IMG/VR virus record: IMGVR_UViG_3300010938_000009
Coordinates: 40,284 to 104,283 of that record
Length of the DNA stretch: 64,000 nt
Source of the DNA: a virus
Direction: 5' to 3' (one strand)
The notes beneath the pieces were generated by a model. The model was not told where the DNA came from. It saw nothing but the letters and a program-made list of their open reading frames with translations, and searched no databases. This document shows, piece after piece, positions 1 through 9,893 of the stretch (the stretch's first letter is position 1; each line of letters begins with the position of its first letter). The position numbers were made by a program, and so were the translations under genes.

Positions 1-1
1 T

Positions 2-517
2 TTTTGTTATATTTGATATAATTTCATTAGGGACATTTAAAACTTGTAAAACTTTTTGTTTAGTAGGCTCTTTATAGTCCCTTTTACCTTGAGAAGTATC
101 AGGTTTGATACCTAGTTCACTTCTCCATTGTTGGGGGTAAATTGAAGTAACTTTTACTCCATTTTCTGCCGCCCCTACTTTAATAGCGCCGACCATTTCA
201 CTAACTACCATACAGCCCATAGCTTTTTTAGGATTTACACTATAATGTTCGTAAACTATATGGTCAACTTGTTCTACTACTTCAAAATAAGTCATAATAG
301 CGTTAAACATATAGGAAAACTTCTCTTGGTGGTCCCAATTAGGGTCTAACCATAAAGCTCCTGCAGACTTAATATTAGCTTTCTTATTAATAAAGTCTAC
401 AGCTACTTTACAATAACCTGTACAACTAGAACTAATATCTAGAAATAACACGTTAGCAGCATCTACATTAACTTCGTTATCTGTTAGTAGTTTTTTAATT
501 TCATCTAGATCTTCCAT
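2..517 (-). CDS. RuvC-like Holliday junction resolvase (3'-truncated by window edge)
   Basis: Not in the ORF track; translated by hand from ATG at 517: MEDLDEIKKLL...VLFLDISSSCTGY...IVYEHY...IYPQQWRSELG. This matches the RuvC/RNase H-fold pattern (D in strand 1, E in strand 4, PxxW/K motif). Confidence 0.7.
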   Translation of the reverse strand, partial: MEDLDEIKKLLTDNEVNVDAANVLFLDISSSCTGYCKVAVDFINKKANIKSAGALWLDPNWDHQEKFSYMFNAIMTYFEVVEQVDHIVYEHYSVNPKKAMGCMVVSEMVGAIKVGAAENGVKVTSIYPQQWRSELGIKPDTSQGKRDYKEPTKQKVLQVLNVPNEIISNITK

Positions 518-1031
518 ATTTACTTTTAAACTCCTGTATTAAGTCGTTAGCTAAATTTACATCTCCAGCTTTATAAGCTATTCTAATACGTTTATTTAAC
601 TCTCGTTTTATTTTATGTTGTTGTAATTCATTAAAATGACTAATTCTAGTATTTACCATTTTAGCTAACTCTATATCATTATTAATGTCTTTACCTTTTT
701 TTACAGCCACTTTGTATAATATATCGGATAGTTCTTGTTTATCTTCAGGAGCTAGAGCAGCTAAACTAAGTAGTTCTTTTAGTTCTGATAATACCCTTTC
801 ATATTCTTCTTTAGTAGCGGTTTTAGTTAAAGTGTTAATTTTAGTTTTAATTTGTTTTATACCTATATCATAATACATTTGATTAGTTTGTTTTATAATC
901 TGTTTAGTAGTAAAGTTAGGTAAGTTTTTACGTCTTTGTCTTCTTTCTATAAAATTATCATACCATAATAGAATATTAAAATAAATATTACCTAAAAAGC
1001 TAGTATAAAATAATTTTTTAATACTTTTCAC
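501..1031 (-). CDS. hypothetical protein
   Basis: 176-aa helical ORF, overlapping its neighbours in an operon-like way. Confidence 0.6.
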   Translation of the reverse strand: MKSIKKLFYTSFLGNIYFNILLWYDNFIERRQRRKNLPNFTTKQIIKQTNQMYYDIGIKQIKTKINTLTKTATKEEYERVLSELKELLSLAALAPEDKQELSDILYKVAVKKGKDINNDIELAKMVNTRISHFNELQQHKIKRELNKRIRIAYKAGDVNLANDLIQEFKSKYGRSR

Positions 1032-1443
1032 CTTTTAATACTCCTTTTACATTAGGGTTGTGTTTTTGAGCTTTAGTTCTATTAGAGCAAGTAGTACATT
1101 TTCTAAAATACCAAGGATTACCTTGTTTAGTATATAATACTATTTCTAAATAACCTGTCCCACATTGTAAACATTTCCATTCATCTTTTAGTTTTTCTAA
1201 AATATCTTCTCTTTCTTCTAATTTATCTTCATAGTAATATTTATCTAATAGTTCTTTAACATTATTATAATCATCTAAGTCAATTCTTGCTAACTGTTTT
1301 CTTAAAGCTCCTATTTGTTTCTTTAACTTATCATTCTCTCTTTTTAATTTCTGTAGTAAGTCATGTTCTTTATCCGTATGAACTCTTCTTTTCATAATAC
1401 CTCTTATAACTTTATTTACCTGTATGACCAAAACCTCCAGCAC
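1018..1443 (-). CDS. coiled-coil protein with C-terminal Zn ribbon
   Basis: CxxC...CxxC (CLQC, CTTC) after a coiled coil; real start probably MKRRVH. Confidence 0.55.
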   Translation of the reverse strand: MLEVLVIQVNKVIRGIMKRRVHTDKEHDLLQKLKRENDKLKKQIGALRKQLARIDLDDYNNVKELLDKYYYEDKLEEREDILEKLKDEWKCLQCGTGYLEIVLYTKQGNPWYFRKCTTCSNRTKAQKHNPNVKGVLKGEKY

Positions 1444-1861
1444 CTCTACTACTAGTACTTAAATCAGTTACTTCTTCATATTCTACTTCAGGGTAAGGCA
1501 TTATTATAAGTTGTCCTATTCTATCTCCATATTGATATTCTAAGTGTTCTTTATTATCTTTGTAACTTAGTCTAAGTTTTATTTCACCTCTATAATCACT
1601 GTCAATTACTCCTATAGAATTAATTAAAGTATGACTAGTTTTGCTTATACTAGATCTAGGAAATACTAGTCCTACATATCCTTCAGGTATTTGTATAGCT
1701 AATCCTGTACCAAACTCTATGTATTCAAAGTCTAAGTTTTTATAACCATCTATACAGTATAAGTCATACCCTGCAGAACTTTCAGTACCTCTAGTTGGCG
1801 TAAAAGCGTTTTCTACTAGTTTTTTAAATTTAATTTTTAGTTTTGAGGAAGATTGCAGCAT
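1412..1861 (-). CDS. dut: trimeric dUTPase
   Basis: Motifs AGYDL, PRSS, GVIDSDYRGEI, RIGQL, RGAGGFGHTG. Confidence 0.95.
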   Translation of the reverse strand: MLQSSSKLKIKFKKLVENAFTPTRGTESSAGYDLYCIDGYKNLDFEYIEFGTGLAIQIPEGYVGLVFPRSSISKTSHTLINSIGVIDSDYRGEIKLRLSYKDNKEHLEYQYGDRIGQLIIMPYPEVEYEEVTDLSTSSRGAGGFGHTGK

Positions 1862-2060
1862 TATCGTCTCTATTTGGTTGTACCATTTCTTTCATAACTA
1901 GAATAGCTTGTTCTAGTTGTTTATATTCACTACCTTTTTTAGTACCTAATTTTATATGTAGGTTAATACCTATTTTTATTAAGTATTCTCCAGTTACAGC
2001 AATTAAATTTCCTATAACTATTGGAATATTAGCTATAAGGTTTTTCATTTTTTCCACCAT
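1830..2060 (-). CDS. hypothetical protein
   Basis: Co-oriented ORF overlapping both neighbours. Confidence 0.5.
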   Translation of the reverse strand: MVEKMKNLIANIPIVIGNLIAVTGEYLIKIGINLHIKLGTKKGSEYKQLEQAILVMKEMVQPNRDDNAAIFLKTKN

Positions 2061-2350
2061 CCCTTTATATCTTTTTTATCTTCTAATTCTTTACGTTCTT
2101 CTTTAAGTTTTTTAATTTCTTCATACATAAAAGCTACAGTTCTTTCGTACAACTTATTAGAGTCTTCTATACCAATAAACTCACTAGTAGCGGCTTTTAT
2201 TTCATCGTTCTTATGTGCCATAGTATTTAAAAGTGCTACTTTAACTTGCATTTCACTCTCCGTCGCTATAATGTTCAATAATTTGTGCGCTACCCCATTT
2301 TTCTCTATTTTCGTTTTTATAATCGTCAATAGCTCCTGGCTCATTGGCAA
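2045..2350 (-). CDS. hypothetical protein
   Basis: Co-oriented ORF; true start may be the internal MQVKV at the recA stop. Confidence 0.45.
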   Translation of the reverse strand: MPMSQELLTIIKTKIEKNGVAHKLLNIIATESEMQVKVALLNTMAHKNDEIKAATSEFIGIEDSNKLYERTVAFMYEEIKKLKEERKELEDKKDIKGWWKK

Positions 2351-3182
2351 ATATTTTATCTGCCACTATAACAAATTCTCCGCTATTTTTAACGCTATTA
2401 ATATGATTCTTTCTTACTACAATTTTACTAATTATTCCAAAAGCTAACTGTTGTCCATCAACTATAGCTTTTAGTTCTTTTACTTTTTTTGTTTCTATTT
2501 GTAATGAGGATACGTATTTTAGTTTTTTACCGCCTCTAGGTTTATTAGTTGCTTGGCCTCCAGGAAATTGAGCTGGTTCTACGTAAATTTGATTTAATAC
2601 TACCATTCCAACATAATGTGGAGCAGTATCATATCTAGTATCATTAATTTTATCAGACAAAATCATCAAATGTTCAGTTATTACTTTTGCATTTTGTTGA
2701 TGTACGTTTTTTAGTTTAGTAGTTCCGTCTTTTTGATCCATTCTAGCTGCTCTACAATTAACGCTACCTAACGAATCAATAAATATTAATGTATCATAAG
2801 GTAGTTTTCCTCTATTTACATCTGCTATAATTTTATCAGCAAACTCAAAAACATCTTCTATTGACTTACAAGAAAAATTCATAATAGCTTGTTTCTCGTC
2901 AAAACCCATTGCTGCGGCTCTTTCTTTTCTATATTTTTTTTCAATAATTATCATTACTGTAAATATTCCCTGTTGTTGAGCTTTTGCAGCAGCTTCTAGC
3001 ATTAATGAGCTTTTTCCTGTATCAGAATCCCCGTAAATTTCAGTTATATCTCCTAACGCAAATCCTGGAAGTCCTAAACAACTTTGTAATTCTTCGTTAA
3101 GAATAACGTATTTTGGTTCTTTTTCTATTAATTCAGTTAATTGCAAACTATTTTTATAAGCTTCTAAATTAAATTTTGCCAT
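2253..3182 (-). CDS. recA: RecA/UvsX-like recombinase
   Basis: ITEIYGDSDTGKS Walker A, IFIDSLG Walker B, VVLNQ, GGKKLKY motifs. Confidence 0.88.
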   Translation of the reverse strand: MAKFNLEAYKNSLQLTELIEKEPKYVILNEELQSCLGLPGFALGDITEIYGDSDTGKSSLMLEAAAKAQQQGIFTVMIIIEKKYRKERAAAMGFDEKQAIMNFSCKSIEDVFEFADKIIADVNRGKLPYDTLIFIDSLGSVNCRAARMDQKDGTTKLKNVHQQNAKVITEHLMILSDKINDTRYDTAPHYVGMVVLNQIYVEPAQFPGGQATNKPRGGKKLKYVSSLQIETKKVKELKAIVDGQQLAFGIISKIVVRKNHINSVKNSGEFVIVADKIFANEPGAIDDYKNENREKWGSAQIIEHYSDGE

Positions 3183-3549
3183 TTCTATCCTTTATAAAAC
3201 CTTCACAGATTTTAATATAACCGTCTTCTAATTCGTCATTTATACTTGGCCCATAACATAAGTGGTGCCAACCAAAAGTCTTATCTACACGATCTTTAGA
3301 ACTATAAGGTTCTATATATTTAATCCATTTTTTTACTAATTTAGTTAGTTCTTTATCTAGTTTAGAGTTTATTTGTACTTTACGAACGTCTATTTCTTTA
3401 TTCGGCGGCAAATAGAAATTATCTTTACTATATAAAGCCTTATTCATTGGATAAGCTTTATGTAATAACCACCAATATAACCTAGTATAAGGACAATTCT
3501 CTCTAGACTTTGCCTCAAACTTCTTAAGAGTTCCTATCTTGAATAACAT
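3169..3549 (-). CDS. hypothetical protein
   Basis: 126-aa ORF in operon. Confidence 0.55.
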   Translation of the reverse strand: MLFKIGTLKKFEAKSRENCPYTRLYWWLLHKAYPMNKALYSKDNFYLPPNKEIDVRKVQINSKLDKELTKLVKKWIKYIEPYSSKDRVDKTFGWHHLCYGPSINDELEDGYIKICEGFIKDRNGKI

Positions 3550-3874
3550 TAATTACTCCTGCTAAAGTACGTTTAAGTCTAGGAGTAGCATTTTCTAAGT
3601 TCCTGATTAACTCATTAATATCTACTGCATCAGTTCTACCTGTACTACGTCTAATCCTATTACTAGCTCTTAAAGCTCCGTAAACGGACTGTAATCTATA
3701 ACCTAGTCTTCTATAGTACTTATTATCAGATTCTACAAGGAACCTGACTAGTTGGTTCACAGTTACTGTTCTATGATTATTAGTTGAATCACCTATATAA
3801 CCTTTAATACTATTATTACCTACAGTACTTACTACTGTACTTACGTTATTTACAAATGTATTTACTACTGACAT
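3524..3874 (-). CDS. hypothetical basic protein
   Basis: 116-aa Arg/Asn/Val-rich ORF with GGAG SD. Confidence 0.6.
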   Translation of the reverse strand: MSVVNTFVNNVSTVVSTVGNNSIKGYIGDSTNNHRTVTVNQLVRFLVESDNKYYRRLGYRLQSVYGALRASNRIRRSTGRTDAVDINELIRNLENATPRLKRTLAGVINVIQDRNS

Positions 3875-3883
3875 ACTTACTCC

Positions 3884-4468
3884 TTATAATTTATCTGCGT
3901 ACATATCAAACAATGACCTTCTAAGCCTATGTTGTGGTGTAATACCTATAGCAGCTAGAGTCTTTTCACCTTCTTTTAGCACGTCTTTAACGGTTATACC
4001 TAGTTCAGTTACTTTCTCTTTATTAACTTCTACTTCTATAAATCTACCTACTTCTTTCATATTCTTATCATAAACAGTATAATATACATAATTCAAATTA
4101 TCAAGAAAATAAATGAAACAAGACTTAAATATTCTAAAGTTTTCTTTCATACCTTCAAAGTCTAGAAAGTCCTTTATAGCCTTTTCAGTTATCTTTTTAG
4201 GGTCTAGTGGTAGATCAGCTTCTACTCGTTCCCATACAGATTCTTTTAGTCGTCTTTTTTTAGTTAGTTCTGGAGTTTCGTCGCTTTTTCTATACCTAGC
4301 AAAGAAATCTCTACGTTCATTTAGTGTGTAATACACATCCCATGAACTACGTTCTAAGCGTTTAATAGTACTTAGTTTAGCCATTAGAGCTTCAAAATCT
4401 TGAAGTTTAATGTCTGTGGCATCATATTTAAATTCTAACTCTAATGGTTCGTTATTAACATTTTCCAT
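3884..4468 (-). CDS. CYTH-domain (triphosphate tunnel) protein
   Basis: N-terminal ELEFKY (ExExK), DVYY, RYR, ELTKK, FIEVEV. Confidence 0.75.
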   Translation of the reverse strand: MENVNNEPLELEFKYDATDIKLQDFEALMAKLSTIKRLERSSWDVYYTLNERRDFFARYRKSDETPELTKKRRLKESVWERVEADLPLDPKKITEKAIKDFLDFEGMKENFRIFKSCFIYFLDNLNYVYYTVYDKNMKEVGRFIEVEVNKEKVTELGITVKDVLKEGEKTLAAIGITPQHRLRRSLFDMYADKL

Positions 4469-4498
4469 AATATTTTTAGTTTATACCTCATTATCATA

Positions 4499-4527
4499 AG
4501 TATAAACTGTTATTTTATTATTGTCAA
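4499..4527 (-). promoter_or_regulatory. sigma70-type promoter
   Basis: Minus strand TTGACA-17 nt-TATACT upstream of the CYTH gene. Confidence 0.75.
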
Positions 4528-4541
4528 GTATTATTTTCATT

Positions 4542-7500
4542 TTATTTACTTTCTGCCCAATTATCTGAAATTACGGGTTCAGCTTTTAAGGGTACGCTGA
4601 TTTTAATAGTATTTTCCATAGTTTCTTTCATAATTTTACTGGCTATTTCGGATTGGTCTTCCCTTACTATACAAGTAACTTCATCGTGAACCATAAGTAA
4701 AATATCTGCGTCGATATTATTAGCTTTAAAAGCTTTTGTTAAAGCTATCATAGATCTATTTATTATAGTTGCAGCTAAGCCTTGAATTTTAAAATTTTTA
4801 GCATTATTTAGAAGATTTTTATACTCTCTTCTTACCTTTTCTAGACCTTTTTTAGCTGCCCATTTATAATCTAAAATCTCACTATCATTATACATTGCTG
4901 CAGTTAATCTAGCTTGTTTTAAATGTCTTACTCTACCAAATTCCGTTTTTACAAAACCATATTTTTTAGCTTCATAATTACATTGATTCATATATTTTTT
5001 TAAATTAGGGTAAGCTTCTAAATAATCATTAATAATTCTATGAGCTTCTTGCCAAGATACGTTCAGTATATCCTTCACTCTTGAAGCTTCAGCACCATAA
5101 ACTACTGCTAAGCAAAAAGCCTTACTTTTTTGTCTAGCTTCTTTTTCATGTAAACCTAGATAATTAGGATCTTTTTTATTAGCGCTATAATCACTTAAAT
5201 TAAAAACATCAATAGCAATACGACTATATAGGTCTTCTCCATTTCTAAACACATTTCTGAGAGACTCATCGCCTGAAACATGAGCAAAACATATCGGTTC
5301 CAGACTATTATAATCGGCATTAAGTATTTTATAACCTTCTGGAGCTATAAAACCTTTTCTAATTTGATTAGAATATTTTAAAACTATTTCAGATATGCCA
5401 GAATCTTCGTCTTTTATTCGAGGTAAATTTTGACAGTTACCTGTTATGAAGGTATCTGAACCTCTACGAGCTATAAACATAGAACTAGGAACAGAAACAC
5501 ACCAAACCTTTTCACTAGAGATCTCTGAATTTATTTCAGCATTTGCTGTTAAAGAGAAATTTCTTTTAGTTATTTGTAACTCATAATTATTATTATTAGC
5601 TATTGTTTTATAAATTCTTTTGTGTGCTCGCCAACCTTCCATAACACACAAGGCTTGTATTAAATCGACATTTAATTCTTCATTAGAACTATAGTTACAT
5701 TTTCTAGTACTAAGATCATCCCATTCAAATATCTCTTTTAATACTGTCTTTCTTTCTTCTGAACCTAAAGTTACCCAATTATTAGGAAATATTTTTTCAT
5801 AACCAATAATATTAATGATAGCGTCTTTACAACCACTAACTAAAATTTCATACATACCATTTTTAGATTTATCTTCTACTAAGAATTTAAAATTATTTAA
5901 AATCTCAAGTAACCTATTATATTTTCTTTTTTTATAAAATCTAAATCTTATTTTAGAAGAATCTTTTCTTATTTCTGAATCCGCTTGACACGCTACTACA
6001 AACCTTAACCAATTTAAATCATAACCTTGAGGAATTGTTAAAGTGTGTATTCCATGATAAATTCTAGCATCTTTTGGAAAATTTTTTGCAGGTTTTTCGC
6101 ACATTTTATTGTTATTATGTCTATCAAAGTAGATAATTCTATGATTATCTGTCAGTCTCATATTAAGGTGTTGATTTTTAATAGTAATAATAGTTTTATT
6201 ATTATTTTCTGATAAATAAATATTATCTGGTGTTTCAAAAATTATTTTATCACCATCAAAACTAGCTATTTCGGTATATTTATTTATTTCGTTATATTTT
6301 TTAAAACCTTTATTCGTAAGAATTTCTGTATCCAAACTCAAACAATTTGGATTCCTACTACTATATCTACCTGAAGTAGTACCAAATTGTAGCATACTCG
6401 CATAAATATAACCATCTATTTGTCTTTCTAAAATACCTTCTACATAAGTTGATAATAGTTTATTAAGTTTCTTATAATCTAATAATTTCTTTATAGCACT
6501 TTTACGTTTAGCTACTAATTCTAGGAAATCATCGTCAATTTTAGGTTTACCTGTTTCAGTTTTCTCTTGAGGATTTAACTTCCATACCTTACATATCAAG
6601 TATGCTAAGTGATCATTACTAGACAAATTAAACACGTACTTTCTATTCTGATCAGCTAACAGCATATTTCGTTGTACAGCCTGTAATATAGAATCTGCTA
6701 GTTTATAAGGACTATTACTTATTATACTATCGTAAAAGTCTGAGTGAATAGGAGTTAGTTCTTTTTGTTTCTCTATAGCTTTCTTAGCTAGAGTTACTTT
6801 ACCTGTCTTAACACTTACTGGTAAAGGTATATTAAGATGTTCTGCTAGTTTTACTGGAAATAAACCACTAGTTTTGATAGGATAGTCCTTATCTAGTAAC
6901 TCTTGTTCAAAATTAGCTACTAGAGGTTTAATTTCTTGCATTATTTCAGTTTCCAGTTTAAGTATTTCTTGAGTAATTTCAGTTTTTAGGTTATTAAAGT
7001 GATCTAAGTCTATTTTAAAACCTTTACGTTTCATATTAATAGTAACGTGCTTATATAAAGGCATTACCTCATCCACGTAAAATAGGTTTACTAGGTCTTC
7101 TTCTATAAGTCTTGACTCATATATATTAAATAACATTATGGTTAAAATAACGTCATGACAACAATATTCTGATAGGATTTCTGTGTCGGCCAAATGTATG
7201 TCTTTTTGAGTCTTGACGAATTTTCCGCCGTTAGCTAATACGTTTTCTTTTAGTTTATCTTGAGCTTTATCGGCCCAATCTCCTAGCTCTTTAGTAGCTA
7301 TTTCTTTTAGAGCAAAGGGAGGTTCTTCTTCTAAAGTATGTTTTTGTAGGATAGTATCTGAATAAATATAGTCTGTTAAGTTTATACCTAAATTATTCTC
7401 TATAACTAGAATATCATATATAATGTTGTGACCAATAAGTCTAAATTTAGAACAGGTATCTTCAAGCCATTGACTTATAGTTATTTGTTGTTCTTTAGTC

Positions 7501-7721
7501 CAAGTTTCTGAACCATCTTTATTGCGCCACACAATATAGAAAGCCTTCTTTTCATTAAAGCATAAACCTATACCGTATAATAAGGCTATCTTCTCTATTT
7601 CAGAATTAGATTCTACATCTAATACTATATTTTGAGAATTTACTTGATTAGTGTATCTTACTAATTTATTAAAGTCTTCTATATTTGAAATGGTGTAAGT
7701 ACTAAATTCTGGTTTAATCAT
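4542..7721 (-). CDS. polA: family A DNA polymerase (3'-5' exo + polymerase) with intein
   Basis: Exo motifs DVES, GHNIIYD, YCCHD; TTSGRYSSRNPN; motif A ADYNSLE; motif B RQKSKAFCLAVVYG; motif C VHDE. Confidence 0.95.
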   Translation of the reverse strand: MIKPEFSTYTISNIEDFNKLVRYTNQVNSQNIVLDVESNSEIEKIALLYGIGLCFNEKKAFYIVWRNKDGSETWTKEQQITISQWLEDTCSKFRLIGHNIIYDILVIENNLGINLTDYIYSDTILQKHTLEEEPPFALKEIATKELGDWADKAQDKLKENVLANGGKFVKTQKDIHLADTEILSEYCCHDVILTIMLFNIYESRLIEEDLVNLFYVDEVMPLYKHVTINMKRKGFKIDLDHFNNLKTEITQEILKLETEIMQEIKPLVANFEQELLDKDYPIKTSGLFPVKLAEHLNIPLPVSVKTGKVTLAKKAIEKQKELTPIHSDFYDSIISNSPYKLADSILQAVQRNMLLADQNRKYVFNLSSNDHLAYLICKVWKLNPQEKTETGKPKIDDDFLELVAKRKSAIKKLLDYKKLNKLLSTYVEGILERQIDGYIYASMLQFGTTSGRYSSRNPNCLSLDTEILTNKGFKKYNEINKYTEIASFDGDKIIFETPDNIYLSENNNKTIITIKNQHLNMRLTDNHRIIYFDRHNNNKMCEKPAKNFPKDARIYHGIHTLTIPQGYDLNWLRFVVACQADSEIRKDSSKIRFRFYKKRKYNRLLEILNNFKFLVEDKSKNGMYEILVSGCKDAIINIIGYEKIFPNNWVTLGSEERKTVLKEIFEWDDLSTRKCNYSSNEELNVDLIQALCVMEGWRAHKRIYKTIANNNNYELQITKRNFSLTANAEINSEISSEKVWCVSVPSSMFIARRGSDTFITGNCQNLPRIKDEDSGISEIVLKYSNQIRKGFIAPEGYKILNADYNSLEPICFAHVSGDESLRNVFRNGEDLYSRIAIDVFNLSDYSANKKDPNYLGLHEKEARQKSKAFCLAVVYGAEASRVKDILNVSWQEAHRIINDYLEAYPNLKKYMNQCNYEAKKYGFVKTEFGRVRHLKQARLTAAMYNDSEILDYKWAAKKGLEKVRREYKNLLNNAKNFKIQGLAATIINRSMIALTKAFKANNIDADILLMVHDEVTCIVREDQSEIASKIMKETMENTIKISVPLKAEPVISDNWAESK
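5436..6344 (-). mobile_element. intein (303 aa) in DNA polymerase, with LAGLIDADG-like remnant
   Basis: NPN|CLSLDTEILT...TDNHR...VWCVSVPS...FITGN|CQNLP; removal restores NPNCQNLP. Confidence 0.9.
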
Positions 7722-7728
7722 ACTTATA

Positions 7729-8775
7729 TTATACTATACTTTTATTTAGTTTGTCAATAGCTTCTGCAAATATTTCTGTATCTAATCCTAATGAAATTCT
7801 AGCTCTAGTTTTATCTCCAAAATAAACTCCGTCTATAATATTAACTTTAGCTTTTTCAGTAGCTTTAATAAAATTTTTACCTTTCTTTAAAAAGGCGAAC
7901 ATACCATTAGGTTTAATATCATTAGGGTCTAATATCGACTTATCAATTTGTTTTAACTTATTAATATTGACTCCTAGTTTATTTTTACATTGATTATGAA
8001 AGTAGGTTTCAGCGTTAGGATTATTATAGAAGAATACTTCTATATCGTATAATATCTTTTGAGAGAAATCACTTGTACCCATTGTAGTAATTTCTAAGTA
8101 TTCCGACATCTTAGTAGCTAGTTCCTCTGACTCACAAATTGCATAACCTATTCTTAAGCCTGATAATCCGAACTTTTTACTACAGGATACTAAATGTATA
8201 TTACCTTTAACTTCTAGTTTATGATTAGGTAGATATTGTTGACAATAGTAAGCCCCATCAAATATGATAGGTTTATCTGAAGTATAACTTATATAATCTA
8301 TATTACTATCAGGGTTATTAGGAGCTGTAATTAAGCTAAAGTCTGCGGTAGCTTCTTTATGTACCATCTTACAACCTTCTTTATTAATAAGTACAGGAAA
8401 TGATAGCCAATAAGGTTTAGGTACGTATATGTTAGCCTTCTTATCGTCTCTTAAAGCATATATAGCGGCTGATAAGCCTTGTTTAGCCCCGTTAGTAATA
8501 ACTACAGGCTTCTGGTATTTAAAGCTTAGAAATTGCTTTAATTCATCTGTACCTGCTGCTGGAGGGTATTTAGAGTTCCTAGGGTCAAATCTATAGTTTA
8601 GAGTTTCTCCAAATGTAGTTAAAGTCTTCTCTAAGGCTCTCTTAATTATATCAGGTTCGCCTATAGTTAAATTTATAGTACCTTCTGGTAAGGGATTTCT
8701 AGCTAATACTAGATCATTTTTTAGATATTTTACCATTACTGTATGCCGAGTTGTTTTTGCCGGATTTAATTTCAT
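7729..8775 (-). CDS. PLP-dependent class I/II aminotransferase
   Basis: INLTIGEP, TNGAKQGL, PNNP, FDGAY, SCSKKFGLSGLRIGY; likely start MVKYLK. Confidence 0.88.
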   Translation of the reverse strand: MKLNPAKTTRHTVMVKYLKNDLVLARNPLPEGTINLTIGEPDIIKRALEKTLTTFGETLNYRFDPRNSKYPPAAGTDELKQFLSFKYQKPVVITNGAKQGLSAAIYALRDDKKANIYVPKPYWLSFPVLINKEGCKMVHKEATADFSLITAPNNPDSNIDYISYTSDKPIIFDGAYYCQQYLPNHKLEVKGNIHLVSCSKKFGLSGLRIGYAICESEELATKMSEYLEITTMGTSDFSQKILYDIEVFFYNNPNAETYFHNQCKNKLGVNINKLKQIDKSILDPNDIKPNGMFAFLKKGKNFIKATEKAKVNIIDGVYFGDKTRARISLGLDTEIFAEAIDKLNKSIV

Positions 8776-9088
8776 CTAAACTCTTTTTAATCTTAGTACT
8801 AGAAGAATTAGATATTTTAGCTTCTAGCATAAATAACTCTAAATGTCTATGTAATCTTTTAATTTCTTCTTCTCCTAAAATAGTACAATCAAAATGGTTA
8901 TTGTTTGGTTCTAATTTAAATAGGTATTTTATAGCATTTTTCAATCTATCAAAAAATCCTAAGTGTTGATTTAAATATGATTCAATAATTATTTCTTTGT
9001 ATTCTTTGTCTGAAGAAATTCTTAAAATATGCGACATATCGCAATCAATACATTCAAAGTATTCTGGTTTATTATTCTTTGGACTCAT
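8714..9088 (-). CDS. hypothetical protein (CxxC...H)
   Basis: ECIDCDMSH motif; operon position. Confidence 0.5.
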   Translation of the reverse strand: MSPKNNKPEYFECIDCDMSHILRISSDKEYKEIIIESYLNQHLGFFDRLKNAIKYLFKLEPNNNHFDCTILGEEEIKRLHRHLELFMLEAKISNSSSTKIKKSLDEIKSGKNNSAYSNGKISKK

Positions 9089-9881
9089 TTTTTACCTCTA
9101 TTAATTTCTGTAGTTCTACTGGAGTATCGTCTACTATTAAGTTTTCGTCTACCTCTTCTTGTTTATATTCATTTATAACTATATTTGCTAATTTATTTTG
9201 ACCTATTCTAGCTAATAACTTATTAGTTAGGTTGGTCATTGTTTTTTTATCTACGGGTTTACTTAAATGTGTATCTCTAACTTTTCTAAAGTTACCTCGT
9301 TTTTTAGGTTCTATAATTTTATCTGCTAAACCTAAAGTTATACATTCTTTAGCTGTCAAATATAAATCTCTTTGACAAACTTCTTTCCAAAATTCTTTTG
9401 GCATATGGCTATTTTCTGAATAGATTTTGTATAATACTTCCATTAATCTCTTTGACTCATCTGCTTGAATATGCACATCTGTATAATTGCCTTCTATTCC
9501 TTCCCAACCATTATGAACCATAACTGTTGAATGAGGGTACAAATACCTTTCATCGCAAGCCGCCATAACCCAAGTAGCTGCACTCATAATAGCTCCACCG
9601 CCAAAAAACTTAATTTGACAGGTAGAAGCTAGTATAAAATCATGTAGGTATAACATAGCATAAGGATCTCCACCATAAGAATTCATGTGTATTTCTATAG
9701 GTTTCTTAGGGTGATCTGCTATCATCTTACCCATAGCTCTTATAACGTGACTTACAGAATCTATAGTAAAATCTGAATGAGAACTATGACTAGAGTCAAT
9801 AGGTACTCCAAAATAGATTTTTCTATTCTTCTCATCTACGCCATAAACTACAAAGCTTTCTAATTCTATTCTAGTTGACAT
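9072..9881 (-). CDS. clpP: ClpP-like serine protease
   Basis: HMNSYGGD, IMSAA (Ser), MVHN (His), RDLYLTAKECITLGLADKI. Confidence 0.88.
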   Translation of the reverse strand: MSTRIELESFVVYGVDEKNRKIYFGVPIDSSHSSHSDFTIDSVSHVIRAMGKMIADHPKKPIEIHMNSYGGDPYAMLYLHDFILASTCQIKFFGGGAIMSAATWVMAACDERYLYPHSTVMVHNGWEGIEGNYTDVHIQADESKRLMEVLYKIYSENSHMPKEFWKEVCQRDLYLTAKECITLGLADKIIEPKKRGNFRKVRDTHLSKPVDKKTMTNLTNKLLARIGQNKLANIVINEYKQEEVDENLIVDDTPVELQKLIEVKNESKE

Positions 9882-9893
9882 TAATTATCCTAA

